Assembly (NCBI RefSeq): GCF_009834535.1
Contig: NC_045706.1
Coordinates: forward strand, 31,560,001 to 31,624,000
Reading direction: 5' to 3'
Source of the DNA: Camelus ferus
Lineage: Eukaryota
DNA: 64,000 nt
The notes under the pieces: model-generated
What the model was told of the DNA's origin: nothing
The model's database searches: none
Seen by the model: the letters and a program-made list of their open reading frames with translations, nothing else
Made by a program: the position numbers and the translations under genes
In this document: positions 14,056-28,839 of the stretch, one piece after another
Position numbering within the stretch: the stretch's first letter is position 1
Layout: each line of letters starts with the position of its first letter

Positions 14056-17036
14056 CTGTAAATTAAAAAGAGAAAATAATGTCATCTTTAAGATCCTAGC
14101 CTCCTCTTCACTGCAGCTCTTATTTAATGGGATGAGATATATGTTATATTATAGAACTTTTAATTCTGTATTAAAAGACTATATATTATATGACTGAAGA
14201 GACAAAATAACACATTTCTAGTAGGGTACTTTCTTCTTTTTGTTTTTCCTCATGAATACACAAGATTCTGCAGATCTTGAATTTTGTGTTTTTGTAACCT
14301 CTTCCCTTTTTCAAGCAATTCTTCACATTCTCTAATGAACCAGAATGCAAAGAGCCCACCCTGAAACTGCTTTTCTTTTATAAGACCTAATAATTCTTTG
14401 AGAAGTGGTAACTACAGGAATATGTGAAATTCAGTGTATCCGTCATTTCAACAACATTAACCTCTTAACTTATTGAACTTGGAGAACTAAAGTATTACAC
14501 AAGTGATTTCACATATGGTCTCATTCAATTTTCAACTGAGAGAGAAAAAAACCCACCCATTTCTCTGTCTGGTAAAGTATGACTATAAGAAGAGAGAATG
14601 TTTATTAAATTGAAAAAAAAAAAAAAAAAGCACAAGGGGGAGAAGAGATGAAGACACCAGGATAGATTTTTTTAGGATGGTGATATGATAAATTTGGGCC
14701 TATGTTTCCATTATAGGTATAACTGGTTTTCCTTTTTTGGTGGGAATTATATTTATTATATTTGAAAGCTAGACATCTCAAGATTTTTAAAAATTTTTAA
14801 AAATTCTATATAGATGGCTAATTTTAAAATATTTTCCCATTTTGATTTTAAGGGCACTTCATGAAGTCTTACTTGTTCTTGTAGAACTAGGTTGCAGTCT
14901 CTCCCAATTAACACAGGTTTGACACTGATTTCCATTAGGGCAAATACAATTCAACCCTACACCATTCACTCCCCTACCCCCACCATTAAAGTTTGACTGC
15001 ACAATTGGAAACAACTGCTAATTAAATCTTGTTACCTACTGTAAATTTTTCACTTAATTAGATAAGTGGCTTCTGTCAGGACAACTAGCTTAAGTATGCT
15101 CAGTGGGAAAGACTATAAAGTCAGGTACCACAGAGGGGTGACGTTTCCAGTCTTTGTAAAACATGAATTTTAATTGTGTGCCCCAATTAAAACTTTTCAG
15201 TTAGAATAGGGAAAAAACTCTGAACTGAATACATGGCAACAATATCCAAAATTGTGCTTTTACTCAGCTTTCAAATTCAGTCAGGTTTCACATGATCTAC
15301 TGTGGTAAAAATTGGAGATAAGTAGTATGTTTAAGCACGCTGACCCTCTAACCTACCTCAGGCAAGCTGTCTGGGACTTCATGCTATCTTATGGTTATCC
15401 AAAAAATGCCTCCTCCTCCACCTTATTTAAAAAAAAAAAATCTATTGCAGTAAAATATACATAACATAAAATTTACTACTTTAACCATTTTTAAGACTAC
15501 AATTCTATATCACTAAGTCATTCACACTGTTGTCCAACCATCACCACTATCCACGATTTGACTGGGTTTCAACCTAGTTTTTTTCATAATATTTCAACTG
15601 ACAAGTGTAGAGCAAATAGACCTAATTAATTGAGGTGTTAGTATATATTTTCCCCACAACCAAGGTAATTTTGTAAATATATCTGTATACTTCTGGGACA
15701 TGAAATGTATTATTTTAATAACAAAACACAGGCAGAATATCTAGAACCTAGAAACTTTCTAGGTTCTTACACATTTTCATATCAACAATGAAACATACAT
15801 GTAGTTAAGCACAGCAAAACCAGCATACTTAATCAATATTAAGGGGAACTGAATTTTAAATTGAGCCAATTGCAGTCATCGGGAATAAAATAAAATGCAG
15901 AACAACAGCCTTAACAGGTTGAACCAAATCAAACTACCTCTGTTTGTCTGTTTTGACTTATGTAAATGGCAGTTTCATGTATCAGTCTAATGGGAATACT
16001 TGTATAGCTATAATCCCAATAAATTCTAGATAAGTATATTTCCCTCCAATATTTAATAGGAAAAATTTCAATTTCAAAAAATGTTGAAAAACTGTTCAGT
16101 GAAAACCCATATTCCAAACATCTAGATTCTACAATCCTTGTCATTTTGCTATATATTTGCTTTACCACATATTCATTCACCAATCCCTTTTTTGATGCAT
16201 TTCAAAGTTGCAGACATTAGTGTATTTCACCCCTAAATACTTCAAGTTTTATTTTTTAGAAGGTATTCAACTGACATTTGAAACAGGCACTGTCAGATTT
16301 TTTTCCAATTTCACAACTATGATAGATAAGATCAAGGAATGATAATATACAGTGAACACTTATTAGGCCTTATTAGAAGTGTTAATCCCAATAACCCTGT
16401 TTTTATTGTCTGATTCATAGTGACAGTGAGTATACAGCTTACAAATTTGGATTTTGAAGCTAATGTTCAGAGATCAAATTAAATTATGCTACAGAAGAGA
16501 TGTTTTTCAAAAAAACCTTATTGATGACAATACTCTCAAGAAGTTTGCTGATTTTCAACATCTACTAACTTACCACATCCATTTTCTACTTATTCCAGTC
16601 GTTCAACAGTTAATCTGATGATGGTCATCTGAGATCAAATAGTATTGCCCACAATATGTAAACTTCCGACAACACCAAATTACTTCATCTAAAAATTATA
16701 GTTTAAGATACAAATAAATATGAAGTGGAAACTTCTAACTTAATAATAGTACAAAACAAGCAAGCAACTAAAAATTATAGAAATTGCCAGCAACATTTAC
16801 TGAGCATTCACTGGCTCCATGTGGTTGCACAAACAAAATAAATGGAAGATTGTATCTATCTGGAAAACCCTATAACTTAACTGGGGCTATATCCAGTCAA
16901 TAAAATTGATTAAAGGTTCTAGTGAAATTACCACAGTACACCCATTTTAAGAAGAAGGAAAAATCAATCTGCATAGATCAGAGAAGGCTTCAGGGAGGAG
17001 TTATAGTAGAAATTAGCAGGGGCAAGTGATTTTATT

Positions 17037-17222
17037 ACAGGGATTCTCAAAAATAAAACATCCCAGGACCAACTGCTCAGGATCACTAGTGAACCTGCAA
17101 ATTCTCTTGCTCTACACCAGACCTAGCAAATCAGAAACTCTAGAGGAGGGGAGCCTAGAAATCTGTGTTTTAACAAGCCCCCAGGGTGATCCCGATGTAC
17201 AATAAAGTTTGAGAACTGCTAG
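17037..17222. mobile_element. MER5A-like hAT MITE
   Basis: Ends CAGGGATTCTCAAA ... TTTGAGAACTGCT; internal CCAGACCT...AATCAGAAACTCT. Confidence 0.8.
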
Positions 17223-17869
17223 GGTATAAAAATGGCAGGTAGAAAAAAGCAGAAAGACTGGAGAAAGCAAACTGTGTGAAAGGGACAATTACTGGATTTA
17301 TTCAGGTTAGAAATAACTGCTTCTGATGACTAAATATTTTAATATAAATAACAGTACAGAAAATGTTAAGTTCTAGAGAACTTATTAACTGATTTACTAC
17401 CTTACTAGGTACAGGAGTTTAAGCTACCTAATATGGAAAGAACATTCGTCTGTGAAGTAAGGGCCAGGAACATGGGAAATTAACTCAAAGCTTATAAAAA
17501 TGGTCATATGAATGTTTTGGGGTAAAAAGCCTATAAGGTAGAGTTATTAGTCTTTAGGATTAGAAATGAGGAGAGAGAACAAAACATGTATAGCAATCTT
17601 TTCTTTCCTCATTAAAAAAAAAAAAGTCTAACAGACTGATCAGGAACATCACCTGAGAAGGTCTTAAAATTATGCCTTCCCTCTTTGTTTCCTCATACCC
17701 TACTCCCTCCTTGATGTAATCTATTTCAGTTATTCATCCCCCAATTCCTCACTTCCTTCCATTTAAGGAGAAAAGAGGTGTTCAAAAATGATGGGTTTAT
17801 AGTTTCTCAAGATCTTAGAGGGGAGAGTAGAAACTTGTGGTTTAATGTACAGCATGATTTCTCCTCTTC

Positions 17870-18380
17870 TTTAGGAAAAAGTATCCCCCAGTTTTAAAGG
17901 AAAACTATTCTTCCCTGCAACATCAGCTATGTACGTAGTGTAGGCAGGTAGTCCCATAGTCCCAGCTCCAGGAAGAGCAATCCTTAGACTTAAGGGAGTA
18001 TCCCAAGCCCTAGACTACAGTGATTGGGAGGCTGGGCACTTAAAGCTGGTTGTATCAGAGTGAACTTCAGAATTTCTGCTGGGAAAGTTGGTAAACAGAC
18101 TTTGTTTTCTACTGGGCTTGAAGGCAGGAAAAGCATGAAGCTAAACAAGGGTGTGAGGCTACTGCTGCCAGAAGAGCCACCATATGGAGCCTAAAGAACC
18201 CAGAGGAAGCTGAAAGATGGAAAGTGATGGCTTTATTTGAGACATGGATCAAGCTGTGCTTAAAGCTAAATATACCCTTGCACTGCTCACTTACATAAAC
18301 CCACAGCTTTTGGGTTTTTTTTAGTTTAACCAGTTTGGGGGCAGATTCTCCATCATGTGCAACCCAAACAATCTTGTTAT
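17870..18380 (+). mobile_element. MaLR (MLT1-like) LTR remnant
   Basis: 3' portion AACCAGTTTGGG...CATGTGCAACCCAAACAATC resembles MLT1 ends. Confidence 0.5.
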
Positions 18381-19099
18381 AGAGCGTGAGAAACTGGGTA
18401 TGAGATAGCCCCAGAACAATAATATAATGTAAACTCCTAAGAGCTTTTATATGTACACACAGTATTTTTTGTCAACAGCTTTGTTTCCTACTGACAGGAA
18501 CTTGAGCGGAAAAGACTTAAATAAACCTAATTCCCACTGCAAGGACTTTGAGTCTTCCAAGTTCTTCTGTTTCTCACACAGGGCAAAAATATGCTCTTGA
18601 TTCTGCTATTGGCTCAGATCATTTCTCAGCTAAAAACAGCCAACAAATATAAAACCAAGTATTTTGAAATTAAAAATTTTTACTTATAATACCATAATAT
18701 TTGCATTGCAGGATCAATATAACTTTAATTCTACTTTAAGTTATTACATATTTTAATGTTATAATTTATGGGATGGCAATTTTAATACCCTTTAAAAAGG
18801 TGAATATAATTGGCTATTTTCTATTTCAAAGGACAAAGCCAAAAACCTTTTAAAGTCTACACCCAAGAAGAGGTGGTAATTTCTGACCAAATTCTAAATA
18901 ACAGTTTTCCTTTAAGTCATTTCCTCCCCTTGTTCTCTTCAATCCTCCAATCTCTCAGAAAGCAGTGCTTAGTGTTACGTATAAGTATCTTCTGCGAACG
19001 TGCTAGAAATACAAATTCTCAGGTCCTACCCCAGACCTACAGAATCAGAAACTCTTGAGGATGGGACTCAACACTACATTTAAAATTTTTATTTTAACT

Positions 19100-19690
19100 G
19101 CTTTTTAAATTATGTTTTTTATTGTGGTAAAGTATATATAAATACAAAATTTACCATCTTAACCATTTTTAAGTATAAAGTTCAGTGGTATTAAATACAT
19201 TTAAATTTTTGTGCTACCATCAATCACCACCACCCATCCCTACAACTCTTTTCATCTTGTAAAGCAAAGTCTATGTGCTCATTAAACAATTCCTCAATCT
19301 CCTCTCCCCTCAGCCCCTGACAACCACCAGTATACTTTCTGTGTTTTAATTTTGACTAATCTAAGTACTTCATATAAGTGAAATCATCCAGTATTTAGTT
19401 TTTTTTTAATGTCTTCAAGGTTCATCCACGATGTAGCATATTGCAGAATATCCTTCCTTTTTGAGGCTGAATAATATTCCATTGTATTCCACATTTTGCT
19501 TATCCATTCATTAATCATAGATACTAGGACTGCTTCTAAGTTTTAGCTATTGTGAATAATGCTGCTATGAACATGGGTGTACAAATATCTCTTTGAGACT
19601 CTGCTTTCAATTCTTTTGAGTATATACCTAGAAGTGAAATTGCTAGGTCATATGCTAATTCTATTTTTGATTTTTTGAGGAATCACCAAC
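19100..19690 (-). mobile_element. L1M 3' end inserted into a MER5-like element (halves at ~18960-19080 and ~19695-19742)
   Basis: Typical antisense L1 3' end (ATTGTGGTAAAG...GAATAATGCTGCTATGAACATGGG). The flanks carry CCCCAGACCTACAGAATCAGAAAC and AAAGTTTGAGAACCTCTG. Confidence 0.8.
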
Positions 19691-20074
19691 ATTGTGAAGT
19701 CCTTCAGGTAATCATGATACCTAAAGTTTGAGAACCTCTGCTCTGGCTATTCTTCTTTCCTTTTTCCATATTTCTCCCCTTTGTAAGTTTCCTCGACTCA
19801 CCATAATACAAAAATAAAATTTCATTTTACATTCAACTTTAAAGTAAATACTTTAAAGTCATTTGGTTTTAAATTTAAACAGTAAATAAAATGCTTGAGA
19901 TTTTTTTTTTCTAAGGAAAAAAGCTGGCTAAATTTGGGGAAAAGATTTTTTAAGTTCAGGATATTCTAACTAGTTAAAAAATTTGGGCTTTGGAGCCAGA
20001 TTGCCTGAGTTCAAATTCCTGCTCACCACTTATTTTAGGTTTAATGACAATCTCTTTCAGAGTTTTTTTTGTAA

Positions 20075-20535
20075 GGTAGGGGTTCCTAATTTGAGGTCCA
20101 TGAAAAATTCACGGGGCTGATAAACCTGGATGGGAAAAAAATTACACTTTTATTTTCACTAAACTCTAAGAAAATTTTAAATTTTTTTCCAATGATGAAT
20201 GTAAGCAAACCATTGTCATATTTGCAGTACAGCAATTAGAACTTAGTACAGTGACCAGAAATTTTCATATTACAGCTGTACAGATCCCAAAATAACATTT
20301 AGCCCATCACTAATTTGAAATTATCCATTGATAATAGATAAACCAATAGATTTTGTATTTAAATGTGTTAAAGCCTATACTACTATGCCAGATTTTTAAT
20401 ATTTTGATAACTATTTCAACAAAATTGCTTCATTTCTGACTTATATGTTTTGTTTTATTCTTTCAAAACAGTCTAAGAAGGAACCCATAGGCTTAACTAA
20501 ACTGTCAAAGGAGTTCTCAGCATAAAAAGGTTTTA
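20075..20535. mobile_element. hAT-Charlie family remnant
   Basis: GGGGTTCCTAAT...GGATGGGAAAAAAATTACACTTTTATTTTCACT resembles the Charlie4-type end. Confidence 0.55.
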
Positions 20536-23500
20536 TGTTAAGATTCTCTATTGCAAAGGATTAAACAAGTGATCATGAAACTGGTTAAGAATTGCCTGGA
20601 ACATATATAACCACCAAATTAACAGTAGCAATAATGGCACCTATAGAGATGAGAAAGATGGTGTCAACTTTACATCTCTGCTTAGATTTTATGAATGCAT
20701 TTCTTGCCTAAATTAATGCATAAAACAATTCTGCTTGGCACCCTGCCATTCGGTGGAAAAAAGTCCTGGATCCCTAATCACCCCCCAGTTCTTCTTCATA
20801 GGTCAAAATTACTGCTTAAAATATTCATTAAAGTCCTCAATTCATTTTCTTCTACTCTTCTTTTCCTTCCATTGGGTTTTCTAAATGCTGCCTGTTTGCT
20901 GATATACACAGTCACTGTTTACTTCCACACTTTTCCACCAGCCAAGGTAGGGCTCATTAGTTTATAAAGAGAGATCTGGGAATTATCATGCTCAGTTCAG
21001 AGATCAAAGAACAAATCACTATTATAATATGAAAAACTAAATTAGACCAATCTAAAGAATATTACTTATTCTTTAAAATAAATGTATAGCCTTATTGGCA
21101 TTGGTAATATCACTAATCCGTATGTATAACATGCCACTCTTTATAAAAGATCAGTTATTTAATTCTACATGATTTTAAAATTATAACTTTTTTCCAGTTA
21201 CATATCCTTCTTAATAGTAAAATTTATAAACAGTTTGAGGAATACATGGTCTGTCTTAAATCTAAGTATTCAAGATCTCTTAATCAACTTGAGTACCTAT
21301 TAAGTATGTTCATTATTTGATGTCACAAGAAATACACAGTCTAGTTAAGGAACAAATATATGCAAGAAGGACCACATAAAAACAACCACACAAAACATAA
21401 AGTGCCAAGAAACGATGTTAGTGACCATACAGAAATATGATGAAGACCACATGAAATACAGGATGAAAAAGCTGAGGTTTCATGAGAATGAAGAACTACA
21501 GGTGAGATGAGGACTGGAGAATGAAAAGAATAAGGGTATTTGAAGTAAGAAAATCAGCAGAAACAAGCTTAGAGATAGAAATGAGCATATCGTTGCAATG
21601 AGAAGACCAATGTGGCTGGAGCAGAAAGGTTTTAGAACAAAGCCAGATATTACAAACCAGTTAGGAAATGATGGATGACAAAGGTAACCTGACTTCACAG
21701 GGTTCATTTGTGACTAAATCATTGTTTATATGTCTAAGTTAATTATTTTAAAAGTATGTGGGGAAAAAAGGGGAGGAAACTACTCATCAATAGAATAGTT
21801 TCTCACTGGCATGTAAATTAACTAAGCAAGGTAGGTATGGTTATCTAATAAAACAGCTGGCAGTAAAGCCTATCTTTGCAGACTCAAACTGCAGGTGTTT
21901 ATCTTGGATTATTTGAAACATCTGGTAAATCATAGGCTCCTGCCCTAGAGATCACTCTGATGAACACTGGAGTGTAGCAGAATAGAAGAGTTCTAGAATA
22001 TAGGACTGAGAGCAATGAAACAAGCTTTAAATTGTTGTTGCTGTATTATATATGGTGCCTTAACAATGTATTCGCATGACTGTTTAAAGAAAGAGAAAAA
22101 GTAATGTCCTTAATTCAGGACATACTTACAGAACCATCCTCTGGTTAATGTAAGGAACACCCCATTTAACAATGGAAAAAATGCAAACTGCTTGCTTTGT
22201 CTCAGGATTAAAAGTGTCACATCCCATGTATTCTGAACAGGAACTATACCATCAAGACTAAAAATCCCTTTGTATGTCTGTTCACCCAACTGGAATGGAA
22301 GTCAAAGTATCTGGATTCATCAAAGAGTTATAACCACAATCATGACACATTCTGAAAGAGGGAAAGGGAAATATACCACAAGGAAAGTAATCATTTACTA
22401 AGCATATATTCATGCCATGCCCTCTCTCTCTGATCTTCATAAACTCTGCAAGCATAATTATTTCCATATTAAATAAATAAGGGAACAAAAGCCCAGAAGG
22501 GTTAAATGCCCTGCTCAAGGCCTCATGGTTAAGTAAAAAGGCGTGGATGCAACCTAGGCCTCAACTCCAAAGCATCAGCTTTTTTCACAGCACCATGCTG
22601 CCATGTGGATGGGGTATTCTGAGAAAATTTTCCGTCTCTCATTTCTAAGGAAATTATAGCCAGTACAAGAGATTACATGTTTCATTTTTGCTACGGTACT
22701 TTTAAGCAGCCATAAGGAGCTTTCACCAGAAGTCTAAACCCATTGTTTAGACGCTAAACCCATTGTGTACTCCAATGTGCCATATAAAAATTACCATCTC
22801 TCATGTTATGAACCATGGCATGTAAAGAGATGGGAGGCAGCTATGTATGTCTGACATGTAAAGGACTGCTACATGGGTCTGGAGAAAGAGGGAAATATTT
22901 CTGGCTGAAATGGTCAGAAAAGCTTTATAAATGAGGCAGAAACTAAACTGGATCTTGAAGAGTGGGTAGAATTTTAAAAGACAAGATGCTGAAAAGGACA
23001 CAGGACAGTGAGCAAATCAGTTTGGCCTGGGCAAAAGACATGAACTTTATGCATTCTTCCTTAAAGAGAAGCAAAACTTTAAAAAGGTAGTTGGTGCCAG
23101 CCATATACTCAGTGTCTTAAGCATAATAGGGAGGACAACAAGTATGATTATGGAGGATCTCAAAGGCCAGGCTAAAGAATTTGAACTTAAGCTTAACAAG
23201 CAATTAAGAAAACACAGAAGGTTTTGAGCAAAGGAGGTATTTTTAAAATGGTGCTTCAGTAAGATTATTCTAGGCATTGATATGTCATAAATATTGAAAA
23301 GAAAGACATTATGATTCTACAGTGTTTCCAATGTACTTTCCCCTTGTGGGGTTATCTGTCCTCAGTGAACTGCCGCTTGAATGTGCATGGCAGTAGTAGT
23401 AAAGGGTGTGTATGGAAGGCTCTGAGACACGGATAGGTACACTAAAAAACTGCAGTAGTGTGATGTACTATGATACATGCACAATGGTTCTATGGAAATA

Positions 23501-26500
23501 CAGGAAGAAGTAACTCGTTCTGTTTAAAGGAGCTGTGTAATGCTTCAAGGTGATACTTGAGCTGAATTCCAAAGATGTGTCAGAGTTGGCCAGATGTCAA
23601 AAAGAGGAAGTAATCTAAAGCAAAAATAAGAAGATGAAGAACAAGATATATTCAGAGAACAATGAAGTGGAGTGCAGAAGAGTATGGTTAAAGTAGGTTG
23701 GGGCTGGATTATATCAATAGAGCTAAATCCCTTCACTAGGGTCTTGAAAGGTTAGTTCTTATCCTATAGGTGATGTAAAGACTGGCAGGTTTTAAAGCAT
23801 GGACATGACATGACTGTGCCTTGGCCAATTCTAATACCACTCTGTAAGTCAAAATGGAAGAGAAAAACTGAAGTCAGAAAGAAGAATATACAATATTTGA
23901 TAAGCAAGTGGATTTAGAGGAAAAGAAGCAAAAAAGAATGAAAGAAAAAAAAGAGATGTAGGTTATGGCTGATAGACTAGAATGGATCTAGTAAAGGCCA
24001 GAAATTGGGAAGTCACGGTAAGTAAAAGCCAGAGAAGTGTTGGTAGTTTAGTTTTGGATAGGTTAAGGCGCTAGTAATACTGTGTATACCCAAAGTGTGG
24101 GAAAGAGGCCAGGAATAAAGACATACATCTGGGAGCCACTCATATAAAGGTGAGATAGTAAGTGGGTATACTTTTCAGAGAATGGTAAACCCTGAGGATT
24201 GAACTGTATTTAAACGACTGAAGGGAGTAAAGGTAAGGTGATACATAAGGGAGAAAAAGCAAAAGACAAATAGTGTGACAGAACTGAACACAGTTTCAAG
24301 AAGCTAGGGAGTGGTGGTCACCATTTTCATCTTCATGACATAAATGTCAAGTGATGTGAAGACCAAGAAGAAAAGTCATTAGGTTTACCAGTTAAGAAAT
24401 TACTGGTAACTTTTAGTATACTTTAGGAGAGCTAAGGACAAGAAAGGTGAGTGAAAGTCAAATTACAAGAGAGAATGAGAAAATAAAAAACTAAATGTCA
24501 TGAACAGGGGAATGGATTAAGAAAGAAGAGTGGAATGTTAATACCATGGATTATATATATATTCTCTTTAATTGCTGTGTATCACAGATCTCAATATTTT
24601 CAAAAGCAAGTTGCAGACTAATATATTTAAATTTCAGAAAAAAACAGAACTATGAATTATATATAGTATATATAAATGCATTAAACAAAGACTGGAAGAA
24701 CATAAACCTGTTTATGATAGTGTAGTGGGGATGGAGAGAAGACATGGGACTGGGGATAGTGTTCAAAGGGGACTTTATCTGTAATGTTTCCACTTTTTAC
24801 ATAGAGATGGAAGGAAATATAACTAATTGCTAATGTTTTTAAATTCCAGGTATTGTTCTGTAATCGTCAAAATGGGACAGTAATGTGATTGAGGAAAAGA
24901 TGCCAACTGACAAAGAGAATGAGAAGGTGCTTTATTGGTAACTATGAGATGTTTATATAAATCAGAAGATAATACAGCATAGTCCTATCAGAACACTCTA
25001 CAACCTCTAAAGGGATGTACATGTGTGGTGATAACCACTTAGAGTGAGGATTCTAATTCACCTTGCCACTGCAGGAGGCAGGTGGGGAGCAGATTATTCT
25101 CCCTGCTTTTCTCCTCATCTGACTGTTCTGGGGACACTGGTTACGTTCCTTGTCTACCCACCAGGCGCCAAGTAAGTGATGCAAAACAACCTCAACAGAT
25201 TCCTGAATGTTTGCTGTGAGAAGGGTACACAAAAGTCAAATTTCCAGAAGTATTTCTCACCAGGCTTTAACTGAGGTCCATTCTTATAGTTTGTTATAAT
25301 ATTATTTGTATTCTCTATACATTTAATTCTAATTTTTAGAAATAAAAGAGAAAACAAGAAAGTAGATGGTGACAGAATAATATACAACAGATTTCTTTAA
25401 AAAGTCTGGCAAAGAAGGAAAGGAAGAGAAACTGACCAAGATTCAGAGAGCCTAATGTAAAGACTTTGAGTTTATGAATGGTTATAATTTCAGGGCAATG
25501 ATGTGTGACCCCAAATCATTCATGATACTAGAAAGCCACCCCTTTTCCACTACTCTCAAACAATTTAAAAGGTTCAAACGATAAATTTACATAAAGCAGC
25601 TGCTTGTTATAAAAATGAAAGGCAATCAAAATACATACCTATGTATACTCTTTCCACCTATAAACACTGGAGTAATAAAATTTATCCAGATAAGTAACTG
25701 CTAAACTAAATTTAGTTATTCACAAAGGACAAGGCAATTCAATTTCAGCTATTAGTAAGTAACTATTAATTAAAAACCCCTGAAAGACTAAATATATAAA
25801 CTGAACATACCATTCATGTTATAGAAACATAATCTTCATTTTATGTAACAATTTATGGAACACAAATCTCACTAAAATTTAAGCTCCATATAAGCATTTT
25901 TGGTTAAGCTCACTACCACAAATACCAAGGGCCCAGAATGGTACCGGGCAAATGCAGGCATCAATATTTAATAAATCAACTCAATGAATACAAATGTTTA
26001 GTAAGCACTATAAAATGCCTAATTTTAGCCTAGAAGCAAAAGAACAATGTGTGTTATACACATTTCCTTACTCTTCTCAAGGATAAAACTTGCACTGAAG
26101 AAATCAACATATGGGCAAGATTCTGAGCTAAATTCTCTCCCTCAAAAATTGCCAGAGACCAAGCTTGTGGGGGAAGCCAAATTCATGGCAAGAATTCTGG
26201 GTCCTAATAGGTTGACATATTTTAGTCTGTTGGGCCTGTCAGTATCCCTCAAATGAACCTATCAAGTATCTTACTGTTCAGCTTGCAGGTAGGGCCCACC
26301 TAGATTAAGATGATAGTAAATATGGAGATGGGCATGGGGCGGGGATTGCTACTCTGGTTGGTTACACTATAATCTCAAGTACCATCTGTGTGCCTAACAT
26401 CTGAATAGTATTTTACTGTTTTACGAAGTACTTACTTGTGTTCTCATCTGCTGTGGTCCTGTGAGGTAGGACGTTATCATTTTATAAATGAAGATGTAGA

Positions 26501-26807
26501 GACTCAGAATTTAAGTCCAAAGTCACAAAGCTAGTAAGTGCAAAATGAGAATTTCAAGATTTCTGCCAAGCTTTTCTTATGAACCCATACTATCTCTTCT
26601 CATGAAATAATCCCTTAGGGTTTATAGTGGTTTTCAACGACAACAAACATGTGGAAAGCCTCTGAAAATATACATGCTCAGGCCCCATTCTTCAGAAATT
26701 TGTGAACTAACTGGTCTTGGGCAGAGCCAGGCATCCATCTATACCCCAGGTGATTCTAACATGAAGCCAGGTTGCAAAATACCGACTCAGATAATAAAGA
26801 TCTTTGA

Positions 26808-26910
26808 GGAACTGGGGGTATAGATCAGTGGTAGAAAGTATACTTAGCATGTTGAGGTCCTGGGTTCAACCCCCAGTACCTTCATTAAAAAAATAATCAA
26901 AAATTAAAAA
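26808..26910 (+). mobile_element. tRNA-derived SINE (camelid Vic-1-like), diverged copy
   Basis: GGGGGTATAGATCAGTGGTAGA...GAGGTCCTGGGTTCAACCCCCAGTACC, A tail, TSD AAA(G/A)ATCTTTGA (26796-26807 / 26911-26922). Confidence 0.85.
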
Positions 26911-28617
26911 AAAAATCTTTGAATGTCATCTTAAGAATCTACCTTGAGGTATGTCAAAAAGATACAGAAGATGAGGGAAGCCAGTATTATAGTCACCTGC
27001 TTCAGTAAATGCAACCAGAATTTTCAAGTTTCTGTTGAGACATTTTAAACGCCTCACTAGCACTCCTTGGATTTTTTACTTTTATGGAAATCTTCAAAGA
27101 GTGTCTGAAAGCCATATCAGCTTTTGGACACAAACTTTTCTAAAAGTCACCTACCTAAAAATGGAAGCAGCAGGCCCTCCGAAGGAAAAAAAAAAATTAT
27201 AAAATACCCTGTACCAGAATAGGGTCTCATTTGATTGGAATTGGCAGTGGCAGGAGATGGGCGTATTTCAGTAGTCCTATGTAATTTGCCAGTATGGTAA
27301 ATTATCAGACCCCTAGAGAACTGGGGAAAATGACAAAAAAGTTCATGCATTTGTCACGAAACAAGTATTTACTGATAACTTCCTAAGTACCAGGCTCTGT
27401 TGTAGGATTCAAGATAAATGGTAAGTTTCTGCCTTCTAGGAGCTTGTTAAACTGCTTACATAAAAAGAGGGTGGGTAGTCAATACAACCTGACCTGAATG
27501 CTCTCCTTAAACAAGGGCTAGATTAATCACTGGGTCACCCCAATTGAAAGAATTCAGTAACATGCTTTCTTATCAACTTAGATGTCTCAAAATTTCAAGC
27601 CCTAAAGGAAATGCCTGTCGCTCTGGGAGGACACGTGTTCTGGGTGGGGCAGATCCAAACTGCACTGAACTGGGTATAATCTCATTTAAGGGAGGCCTTT
27701 CATTTAACACCTTACAGTTGGACCTTTTCTCAGTACAGAGAGCTGTCTCACCTGCTGAACAGAGTGGCAAGTGGTCTATCAAGAGTTGTAGGCAACCAAA
27801 CACTATGCATTAGCCTGTAGCATGGCTATGCCAGGAAGTTAAGGCCTGGTTTAGGGGAAAATGTGGATTAAGGGTCTTCAAAAAACTCATGGTAGAACCC
27901 ATGAATCTGAATTCGAACAGTAGAGGGCGGTGCAGCCGATTTCACAGAGTTTTACCCACTGGAGCCCCCCAGGAATGCACAACTGGCCCCACTACAAGAT
28001 AAAGCTTTCTTAGTGAACTCAACGAATGGTGAAATACGCTAAGAGTTCAAGGTTGGACTCGAGGCTGTTTTCCATAACCTCTACTCTGGTCAAGTCCCTT
28101 GCGGATACCCTTGACCTTACAGTTTGGGGTGGGGATGGGATGGGGAAAAAGGAGTGAAGTCAATCTATGAAGCTTTCCAGAAGAATGTCTATCCTTGGTT
28201 TTTGGAAAAAGTGTTAAAATTGGAGAAGGATCATTTCCCAGAAAGACGGTCTGATTCTTCTTGCCACTGACATCGCTGACAAACACGTTACAACATAGTT
28301 TGAGGGGGAGGGGAGGAGGAGAGTAACAAAAAGAAACTGACTGTGGGTTAACATGAGCCCCTCGTACTTCGCAACGTCGTTCCAGCAAAACTATACGCCA
28401 CTCCTTAACTTAGTTTCGCTTTAAGTCTACGCACCCGGGCCGCCCGCTCTGCCCTCCACCAAGAACGGACTGCAAACTTTCTGCCCCGCACCCGGCCCCT
28501 AGGCCGTGGAACTCCTCCCGGCACGCGGGGGTCGGCTTCGGAAGATCCCTGAGGTCGGGCGCGGACAGGGCCGGAGGCGAGGGTCCGCGGCTCGTCCTCC
28601 CCCAAGGCCACCCGTAC

Positions 28618-28652
28618 CTGTCCAGCATCTGCTGTAGGGCTTGGTCCGGCAT
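28618..28652 (-). CDS. MARCHF5: MARCHF5 coding part of exon 1 (MPDQALQQMLD-R)
   Basis: ATG at 28652 in context AAGATGC; 35 coding nt; donor AG|GTACGG at 28618/28617. Joined to exon 2 it gives MPDQALQQMLDRSCWVCF, the known MARCHF5 N-terminus. Confidence 0.97.
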
Positions 28653-28839
28653 CTTCCGCGGAGCCGGAGCACTCGCCTCCCCGGTGGGCCCGGTCAGGGC
28701 CGGGCCCAGGGACAATAGCACTGAGAGGCGACGGAGTAGGCCTCAGTCCGGCGGTAGCCGCGAACCCGCCACCCAGCCTCCGTGGGCGTCCGGAAGAGGC
28801 GGTGGGGAGCGAGGAGGAGGAGCCTGGGGCGGGGAGGCG

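Noticed and set aside
14783..14804. 22-bp AT palindrome, and GTTAACTAGTTAAC at 45155-45168
   Set aside because: Low-complexity or short tandem-derived; expected in AT-rich introns.
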